Positions 13,302 through 23,124 of a stretch of DNA of 64,000 nt are shown here, piece after piece (the first letter of the stretch is position 1; every line of letters begins with the position of its first letter). A program made the translations under genes and the position numbers. Under the pieces are notes generated by a model, which was given only the letters and a program-made list of their open reading frames with translations, was not told the origin of the DNA and ran no database searches. The stretch covers positions 1,550,001-1,614,000 of the forward strand of contig OZ287074.1 of the NCBI GenBank assembly GCA_965645245.1, written 5' to 3'. Source of the DNA: Massalongia carnosa. Taxonomy: Eukaryota.

Positions 13302-13839
13302 TACGTTAAAAAGGGAGTTTAGGAATGACGGTCTTAACAATTTATTGAAACCTTTGAATCTCTCGCAATGCCCTAGCTTGTAGTTCTTCGAGTGAGAAGG
13401 TTCGCCTGCCGCGCCGTTCTTGGCGTATACTGAGATGACATTTCTAAATGACTGTTAAAATTTAATCAATTTAATTATTTTCCTTTGTTATATAAACATC
13501 AATTAAATTGCTCACAAAAAATGTATTTTACTCCAAATACAGCTCTTATTACTATTGTCATAACATGAATAAATTCAATAATTCTCGTTCTTCCTCTTCT
13601 AATAAGCGTAAAGCGCCTGAAGAATTCTCTACTAATTCAAGCACTATTAAAAGGGCAAGCGCATAGAACGCATGAACGATATTGACAGGAAACTTTAAAA
13701 TGCTCAAAGAGCCGATTACGAAAACTTGCGTTATTATCAAAAGGTTTTAAAGAAGTCCGCTGAATAGATAGCCGCGTCTTCGAATGAACAGGCTAAGATG
13801 GAGGTCAAGTTGAAGAATTCTCTTATTCATAAGAGGTAA

Positions 13840-14538
13840 TTTTTTATTTTATTTATTTATTCATTAAGTGTATTCAACCTAAGGTTATGACACTAAACTA
13901 TTTTAGGATATGTTTCTATATTACAAATAAATCAACCCTTTATAACCCATCTATGTATCGTCAATTTTTCCCCATTTTTACTCCGTGTTAGTAACAACCT
14001 ATAGTAATCGAAAATTATCGATTTTACAATTTATCTTTGTAAGTTCGTAACTGTTTCAGCATAAATCGTTTCTGATTTTACTGTTCGATCTCTCCCCAAC
14101 CTCCAGTTTCGAAAATATCGTCATCAAGCTGACCTAGTATCCATTTTCTAGTCGCGATTTTGTTATTGACAATGAATTTAATCAAAATGTCATTTCCGAT
14201 TTTTGTATTAAACAACATATTCAAGTTGATCGTAGTATCGATGGTTTGTTTCATGTTTTGAATTTCATCGAAATAGTGAATGCAATTCAATAACAAATGT
14301 TCTGGCGTTTGTCGTTGATTGCATCGATTTGAGCATTTTGACGAATTATAATCTTTCAATCGATGTAAATATGATCGAAAATAGCCGTGTCCGAATTTTA
14401 ATTGCATAATAGTAGCAAATATCAATTTGGAACAGTTGTTTGATAAATAATAAAATCTCGATATGCCAGGTTTCATTTCGAATTTCTCGTAGTATTTGCC
14501 TTTTGATTTGCATTGTTGCCATTGATTCGTCCATGTGG
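13840..14538 (-). mobile_element. LINE family 1, 5'-truncated 3' end
   Basis: ORF2 C-terminus (14078-14476), 3' UTR and tail; TSD TTCATAAGAGGTAA at 13826-13839 and 14539-14552. Confidence 0.95.
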
Positions 14539-15272
14539 TTCATAAGAGGTAAGATTCAGCTAATAAAGTTAAGGTAACATAATAACATATCGTTTTAGAA
14601 AACAAAAAGGAATGAATCATAGCATACTTATAGCGAAACTCGGTCAAGATTCTTACGAGGCCGAATTTGACGATAGTGACTCGGATTTTAAAGATTTAGA
14701 GCATGACCCGTAAGACCCAATAATTATTGCTCGACTTCGTTATGACAATTTAGAGAATAATGAGCATGTTTTTTCCTATACATAGGCTTACTCAGAAGCT
14801 AGATATATCGAAAAAGACGGCTATATTGAGAAAAGGAAAAGGCAACATGGAATCTATTAGCTTTAAAACTTACACAAAAGCTTGACAGGATGTCATCTGT
14901 ACTTATAAGAAAAAGATAAGTAATTTAAACAGATGTTCATTATCCTGTAAGAGGATATGCGGACAAGGATCCGCAAGCTTTGCGCGATTTTCTGTAAGAA
15001 TCAAGCTACCAAAATCAGTATAAGCTCTTTTGTAACCCAGATTAAAGAATCGCGTTAAGCAAACTATCACGCCTCTATCTTATGTTTACTTTTACGAGGA
15101 CAGAACGCGCTCTATAGCGAAATTTTAATCATAAAAAATCGATCAACTTAAATAATTTAAACGAGATATTTCGAAATCGATATTTAACATATCGAAACGA
15201 ATCTGATTTATGACTCGACTCGATATCTGATTGAGTAAAGATATCTTTCATATAATCAAATAGAAACGTAAG

Positions 15273-17138
15273 ATCGGTCCTCCTCCTTCTACACCATCGG
15301 TCCTCCTCCTTCTACACCATTGGTCCTCCTCCTTCTACACCATCGGTCCTCCTCCTTCTACACCATCGGTCCTCCTCCTTCTACACAATCGGACTATCGG
15401 TCCTCACCACGGAGACGCCAAAGGCCTCACCGTGGGGCGACCGCCAAACATATAGATTTGCTACTATCTCTTCGCATCAAAACCATGCTAATTTAACGCG
15501 TTCACACGCGTCGCAGACGTACGTACGGAAGAGGATAAGAAGGCCAACCGCCGAAGGTAGAATGCGCGCGTCCCTGCACCATACTTCTAAGGGTACAAGT
15601 CCCTTCATGCAGTCATCAGCTGGAAGAAGATGTGGACCAAAGGAGCCGCATCATCCCCCACCCGGGCAAAGTAAACACGCGTTCTAGCTCCTGAGAGTTC
15701 AAGTCTCCCCATGCAGTCATCAGCTGGGATCAACAGAACGCGTAAAGGCACCGGGGCGAATGCTGTCATCTCAAGAAAACTCCATCTCGGAGCAGAATAA
15801 CAATATCCCATTTAATAGGCCCGGCCTGTTAAATAAAATTGAAGAAAACAGAGAATTATAAAACACATAGTCATCAATCACACGTTGTACAAAGTACACA
15901 GCCATAAAGCACACAGTCAAAAAGTACACAGTCACAAATATACAGTCACAAATATACAGTCACAAAACACACAGTCACAAAAAACACAGTCAAAAATCAA
16001 TAACACGTCCCTGTGAAGGGGGTTCTGCGGGGGCTCGTTAAGACAGATCTGCACCCCGTTAATATCGGATTACATATTTTTAGAGGTTCAAGGCCTTTCT
16101 AGCAGTCATCAGCTGAAAATAATGTATTTTGACACGGGCATAGTGTGGATTTGACACGGGTAGACCTCGATGGATCACAAAACGAATGAAAAGAGTTCAG
16201 CGGAACTTCGTTAATATGTTCTCGAAGACCTCGTTAATAAGATTTTCATAGACCTCGTTAACAACGTTCGGTCATAATCTTAAATGTTTAAGTCCTTTCA
16301 TGCAGTCATCGGCTGAGAGCTAAAGACGTACGACACGGGTCAGCTATGTCTATCACATGGGTCTCCTTCGCCTACAACACGGAGCCCTCCGGCTGAAAGA
16401 AATAAAACATATAGATACATAGTGTAGGGTCACACCCTACACGATACAAGGGATTTGGGTTATGAAAACCATCCGATTGATAGCTACCGTGAGCAACACG
16501 GCCCGAACCGGAGTCGTACCGGGGATGGTAGAGGCAACCTAGTCATCAAATAGGACACCCTTGGGACAAGAAGAGGGCAATATACGAGGACCCCGTTAAT
16601 TTATAACTGTCTAGGCCCTGAGCTAATAGACGACTTTCAAACGAGCACCCCTCCGAGTTGTCCTCGACTCGTTTTGGTTAGTAGGGACAGAAAATCGATA
16701 CTATACTGCCTGTTCAGGAGCATTGTGGTCGAAATCCCTGCGAGACATGGTCGGTTCATAAACGGGAGACCTTTATGAATAACGCGAAGTGGGCGTAAAA
16801 AACCCGTGAAGCGTGGTATGCAATGGCGGCCACCGTACGGAGACCGTCTGCATAGCCCGAGAGGACAGTATGCGCATGTCGGTGTATATAGAGCGGGGAA
16901 TGTCTATCTCGCTCGTAACGAGACCCCGTTGGTTCGCCGGCGCATGGGCTACGGCTAGACTCGCCCTTGATATATGCTTAAGGAGTAAACTTGGTTTGAC
17001 CTGGGCGAAAGGGACGTCGTTTACCCCAATCGTAGAATTCATCAATAGTCTTGGGCCGTAAAACGCACTAGTAAGATGAACGAAAACTGGGATAGAGACT
17101 TCACGAAGGAGATGTCAACTCTATTTTATCATTCTTAG
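15273..17138 (+). other. Unclassified ~1.87-kb structured non-coding repeat, copy 1 (putative retrocopied RNA)
   Basis: Colinear with three other copies. Five 23-nt repeats at the 5' end, four internal stem-loop modules, fixed 3' end TATCATTCTTAG. No TIR, LTR, poly(A) or long ORF. Confidence 0.85.
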
Positions 17139-19638
17139 CCCGAAACAAAAACGTTTTATCAAGTCTATTACTCGATGTCGAAGGAGCATTTGACTTTGTT
17201 TCGATTAATCAATTGCTAAATGTCATGAAAAAGCTGCATTTATCTCGCATAGTTATTCAATGGGTCAAGCATTTTATGACAAAACGATCGATCAATTTGA
17301 TATTCGATGAACACAAAAGCAAAACGTACTATATCGAATCTGGAATTCCACAAGGTTCACCTATTTCGCCAATTCTATTTCTGATTTATATTCGTTACTT
17401 ATTTCCGAAAATACGAATGAAATTCAATGCTCATTCACCTAGCTTTATAGACGATTTTGCAATATATGTCGAAAATAAAACTGCTAAACAGAATTGCAAA
17501 GAAATCGAAATTATCGTCAAAACAGCTTTTGATTGGGCCGCAACGAATAATGTCAAATTTGATGACGACAAATCTGAGTTGATTCACTTCGAAAAGTCAA
17601 GAAATGCATCAAAAGACAAAGTGCAATTACCAAACGGGACAATACTAGAACGGAAAAATTCTGTCAAATTGTTAGGGGTCTGGTTAGACCGAAAACTAAA
17701 TTACAAAAAACACGTCGAAACGCGAATTGCTTCTGCGAATCGATCGTTTTTCGCAATTCAAATTTGATGAAGTCTGAATGGGGACTAAAGCCAACTGCAT
17801 GCAGACAGCTCTATTTGTCATGCATTATTCCTATTTCGAACTATGGCTCAGAAATCTGGTATAATTGTCAAAAGAAATATGAAAAGCTATTTCGAATCTG
17901 CAAAATCGAATGATTCGAAAGATTTTAGGCACATTCAAAACCACGCCTGTTCAGGCGATGGAAATTGAATCGCATATTTTACCAGCCAAGCTACGATTGT
18001 TGATAAAAAATCAAAAATACGCAATTCGATTATTGAAGATTGCCGGAAATAATCCTATTTGTCAAAGAATTCACAGTACCTATTCGGTAAAATTCGAAAA
18101 CATCGGTTTTGACACTAGTTTATGGAACAACAGATATGCTGAATGGAGCGAAGACGAGAAAAAATCGAGTAAACCTCATCCTAGTCAGCTTATCCGTATT
18201 CTTTATTCCGTTTCGGATATAGTTCACAAAACTGATGATTTCGAATCAGTAAATAATTTCATCAAACCATGGAAGCCGTCTTGTAAAATCAAGTTCCAAA
18301 TCGAAAGATCCAAAGAAACAGCAAAGTCAAGTTATTATTTGACTTTATCAAAACTTCAATCAATAAACGCCGCTAAATCGCGAGTGTTACTCTATGCCGA
18401 TGAATCAAAAACGGAGTTTTCAACTTCCGCTGTCACATTTGCACCAATTATGCGAAATTGGAACAATTTCACCGATAACTTCAATCGTTTTATCGAAAAA
18501 GATTGTCTCCTCAAACATCATACGATTTCGAAAAGCGGGAAATTAAACAAACAGTCAAGCGTTAAAAACGCTGAACTGTATGCGATACTACAAGCAATAA
18601 AATGGGCATACAAATTGACAAGTGCGAATATTCTCTCCTATTTAGAAAAAACGATTTTGATTTTTTCCGATAGCATAAACGCGATAAACGAAATTTAGAA
18701 CTTGACAAATCATACTTACGCAAAACAAATTCGAAAATTCTCGAAATGCTTATTCGGAAACAATTATCAGGTGGTTCTACAATGGATTCCTAGTCATTCG
18801 AAAATCGTCGAAAATGAAATTGCAGATAAAGCAGCAAAAGTGGGACATAGTCGAATCCTTGTCGAGTCTTCGATAATAACATTTGATTATGTAAAGGGTC
18901 AAATAAATCGAAATATGTTAGCCACATGGGCGAATCAACGGCAACAATGCAAGTCAAAAGGCAAATACTATGAGAAATTCGAAATGCAGCCGGGCAAATC
19001 GAGTTTTTATTATCTGTCGAATAATTGTTCGAAATTGATATTTGCGACTATTATGCAAATGAAATTCGGACACGGTTATTTTCGATCATATCTGCACCGA
19101 TTGAAAGATTATAATTCGTCAAAATACACAGGGCGCTGCAAAGAACGTCAAACGCCTAAACACTTATTGATGAATTGCATACATTATTCCAATGGAATCC
19201 TAAACATGAAACAAAATATCGATACCACAATTACTTTAAAAATGTTGTTTAATACTAGGATCGGAAATAATATTTTGATTAAATTTATTGTTGATAACAA
19301 AATCGCGACTAGAAAATAGATGCTAGGTCATCTCGATAACGAAAATATCGATACGGGAGGTTTGGGAGAGATCGAGAAGTGAAATTAGAAATGATTTATG
19401 CTGGAATATTCACGAGCTTTACAAAAAGAAAATGTAGAATCGATATTTCGATTACTAAAGGTTATTACTAACACGGAGTAAAAACGGGACAATATTGACA
19501 ATACATAGTTGGGTTATAAAGGGTTGATTTATTTTGTAAAATAAAAACATATCTTAAAATAGTTTAGTGTCATAACCTTAGGTTGAATACACTTAATGAA
19601 TAAATAAAATAAAATAAAATAAAAAAAATATAAAAAAA
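17139..19638 (+). mobile_element. LINE family 1 subfamily A, 5'-truncated (RT-RNase H-3' end), frameshifted
   Basis: GIPQGSPISP, FIDD, LQWIPSHS...NEIADKAAK motifs; 3' UTR and (TAAAA)n tail. Confidence 0.95.
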
Positions 19639-20028
19639 TCTATTTCGAACAATTGTTTGACAAACGACAAAAGCTCGATTTGCCAGGTTTCATTTCGAAT
19701 TTCTCGTAATATTTGCCTTTTGACCTGCATCGTTGCCATTGATTGATTCATCCATTTATTTAGCGTATTTTGATAAATTTGACTTTTCAAAGAGTCGAAT
19801 GTGATCGCCGAGAACTCTGAAAGGATTTGACTGTGTCCCGCTTTCGCCGTTTTATCTGAAATTTCGTTTTCGATAATTTTCCAATGACTAGGAATCCATT
19901 GCAGAATTATCTGATACTTGTTTTCGACAAAACATTTAGCAATCTTTCGAATTTGCTTCGCGTAAATATGATTTGTCAAATGTTGATTTTTGTTTATCGC
20001 GTTTAAACTATCGGAAAAAATCATATTC
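19639..20028 (-). pseudogene. Diverged LINE family 1 RNase H fragment (third variant)
   Basis: IFSDSLNAIN...ILQWIPSHWKIIENEISDKTAK in ORF 19593-20111. Confidence 0.8.
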
Positions 20029-20250
20029 ATGAAGCATCTCGAAAAATGACTACACTCGAATAAACAAACGCGCTCTCGAGAGCGCACAGCGAAAGGAGGG
20101 AATATTTGCACGTAAAGATCAAGGAGTATCTTGATCGAGTGGGTACCGTTGGTGACCCGGAGGTGTTGCAGTTGCTGAGAAACTCAGCGGAAATTTTGCA
20201 AGCCCAAAATCTAGTCGATGACAAAGTTGCAGAAACTCCCAACAACATAG

Positions 20251-23080
20251 TGAAGAAGGGTAGTCGTGCGTGCTAATAGAAGGTCGTGGTACTTGATGAT
20301 AGATGGCGAATTAAGCAGTGAACATATACACATACACAAACGTCTGAATGGACCTAAGACTGCACAGACATGAAAAGAACTCGACGACTGAACGACTGAA
20401 CGACTGAACGACTGAACGACTGAACGACTGAACGACTGAACGACTGAACGACTGAACGACTGAACGACTGAACGACTGAACGACTGAACGACTGAACGAC
20501 TGAACGACTGAACGACTGAACGACTGAACGACTAGTTGATGCACGAAATGATCGTGTGTCGATGTCTACGTGACACGACGATGATAATGATAGCGTAGGT
20601 AATAGAAGATGATATCCGGAGATGATGAAGAAAACGCCAGCAAAATACCCGTTTTATCCCCACACAGGCCTGCCATGTCACCTGACCATAGATGACACAT
20701 GTCGCCCCACCACAATAGGTGACACATTACAGGCAATCCAACAATTATTGACACGTATAGAACGCAATGAGACCACTCCTCGCAGCTATGCCGCTGCTGC
20801 CACAGGGCAAGGCCGAGATGAGCCCGCACCCCTAAAGAACTAAAACGTCAAGCCTCAATAGGCCCGTAAAGACAAAGCACCTACATTAAGAGAAGCGCGA
20901 AGTGCCCGGGAAATCACCGTTCACATCACGGAGGATGCGGACAAGGAAAAAATAAAGCTAATGCCAACCAAGGAGTTGGTAGAAACACTACAAAATAGAG
21001 CTGAAGGAATAAGGGGAGTGTCGCGTTTGTTAAACGGCGACATCAGGATTCACGTAGAGTCATTGGAAGCAAAGAAGACCCTGCAGGAGAAGACCGATTG
21101 GACCCGCAAGGTGGCCGCCTCAGCTGCGGTGCACACCCGCACCTTCACCGTATGAGAGATTATAATCAGGGTGGAAAACATCAAAGTGGCCAATCAATCA
21201 ACAGCTATTACCTACCTTCAGGCCGATAACGCACGCCTGCATCCTAACCTGAAGATCGTCAAAGTAGCCTGGTCAATCAAGGCCATCAGAGAGAAAAAAG
21301 CGTACTCGACGCTTCATATAGAGGTCGCCACCGCCGAGATGGCTAACCGGCTCATCACCGAGGGCCTAATGGAAAGCTACGAAATAAAGGACTGCAAGCG
21401 CTTCACACGTGGTACACCATGACTCAATGCTTCAACTGCCAAAAATACGGAAACAACGGTAGAGCATGCCGCAATCCCGCCGCCTGTGGTCACTGCGCCG
21501 GTGGACATCAAAGCAAAGATTGCAATCTGGAGACAACGGGGTAATACCGCCGTTGCGCCGTATGCGGAGAGAAGGGACACGAAGCATGGTCTACAGAATG
21601 CAAAGTCAGATTAGCTGAAAAGCGAAAAACTGAAATATCAATGCAAAACCGCGGCCCCCTCTATGCAATCGAATCTCAGCCGCCCTCATTTCAATTTCAA
21701 CTTCAACGAGAGTCGACACCCACAGTCACACAAACGGACGAAATTCCGTCAACGTGGAAGATAGTAAACGGCAAGAAAAGAAAAATACACAACGCTACGC
21801 CCTCATCCGGCACACCCCCGGGCCCTCATCGGGGAGACGACGCACCTACCTGGGCTAATATAGGCATCATGAATCCTGAAAATATGGTAAAGGCCTTAGC
21901 AAAACCAGTGCTGGGTAGGCCTCGTGCAGATTCCGTAGCATTAACGGCAGGAACTCAGGTCACATCGAACACAGCGGCCGAAACGATAGAAATCCTATGA
22001 GGGACACAAAATCCCTCTCTATATTGCAGTATAATATCAGAAATGACAGAGTGAGTACTATGATACCCCTCTTAGCAGACATAAACACCCAGGACTATGA
22101 TATTATTGCAATACAGGAACCGTAGCGCAATCCATCCGCCCCCACATCGCTTAGTTCTCATCAAAGCGGCTTTCACCTCCAATACCGCCCAGGAGGTGAC
22201 ACCAGAGTATGCTTTTATGTCAACGACCTAATAGATACTGACAGCTGGGAGGTAAAATTCACCTCGGCCGACATATGCAGTTTGAAAATAAAGACCTACA
22301 CCGAAGGCGTTATGGAAACAATTCACGTCCATAATGTGTATAACCCCTCTCCCGCCTCCAATTCATCCACTGACAGTCCCACGACCTTACCGGCGGCTCG
22401 GAGCATGCTTATCGCCGATGCGCATCACATACTACTTGGAGATTTCAACCTACATCATCCCTTTTGGAATGGTCCCTCAAGACCCATACAACACGCTGCT
22501 GCTAATCAATTACTAGAAATAATCGATGATTATAATCTTTCATTGATACTGCCGAAATGCACATTAATATAGGAAGCAAGAAACACGTCTAGCATGATAG
22601 ATTTGGTTTTCATGTCAGAATATCTAGTCGTAAGACTCGAACATTGCATGTCCAGACTAGAATTGAATCAATCGTCCAATCACGTGCCGATACCAACCCG
22701 CATCCTACTCGGAAGCGAGCCGCAACCGAAAATCAAACGCAGAGCATGGAAACTTCTAAACCTGGAAAAAGCAAGGGAGGCCGAACAACTCGCCCCTATA
22801 CCGGAGTCTCCCCGTACCACTGCCGAGATTGATACGTACAAGGAATAGATTCAAAAATTTCTACAAAATGTCATCAACGAAGCAGTTCCATGTGCAAAAT
22901 CTAGCGAATATGCTAAGCCATTCTAGACAGAAGAATGCAGCATTGCCACCAAAGCCACACGAAAACTACGCCGCGTATGGTCCAGCACGTTCGACCTAAC
23001 GGACTATTCTAACTATATGAAATCCAATGATAAAAGACAGAAATTCATTGAAAAGGCAAAGAGAACAAACTTTCGTCAAA
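20251..23080 (+). mobile_element. LINE family 2, 5' half (5' UTR, ORF1 with CCHC knuckles, ORF2 APE endonuclease), decayed
   Basis: 5' end shared with 63779 and 60776(-). ORF1 ~20622-22000 with QCFNCQKYG...CGHCAGGH...CAVCGEKGH. ORF2 from ATG 21997 with LQYN, IQEP, LGDFNLHHPFW. Confidence 0.9.
20384..20533 (+). repeat. 8-bp microsatellite (GAACGACT)n in the LINE family 2 5' UTR
   Basis: About 18-19 perfect units here; about 4 units at ~63916-63945 and about 2 at ~60620-60640. Confidence 0.95.
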
Positions 23081-23124
23081 TAAATCTTCTTGATTTAATC
23101 TCGTTGAAATCTTCTGAACAACAA

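Noticed and set aside
13400..15272. Possible decayed transposase or host gene around the LINE insertion
   Set aside because: Stop-riddled in all frames and no motif I can identify with confidence; needs a translated HMM search.
15273..15400. CRISPR array (also 4711-4795, 12828-12926, 39189-39310)
   Set aside because: Direct tandem repeats with no unique spacers, no cas genes, and a eukaryotic context.
15584..16319. tRNA genes or tRNA-derived SINE
   Set aside because: T-arm-like hairpins lack D arm, anticodon arm, acceptor stem and a properly spaced A box.
16773..17061. Overlapping 82-90 aa ORFs conserved in passenger copies
   Set aside because: No recognisable domain, interrupted by stops in copy 4, and conservation is explained by recent DNA duplication.
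15273..17138. Telomerase RNA retrocopy
   Set aside because: Size and a non-polyadenylated fixed end fit loosely, but there is no CCCTAA template and four repeated modules are not a known TER feature. It would revive only if the 23-mer is this organism's telomere repeat.
17120..17150. Splicing as the origin of the CTTAG|LINE junctions
   Set aside because: The LINE sequence upstream of the junction points does not end in an AG acceptor (e.g. GCAAA, AGAAA, CTAAA).
20311..20544. ORF with SFSRSVVQ repeats
   Set aside because: Translation artefact of the 8-bp microsatellite.
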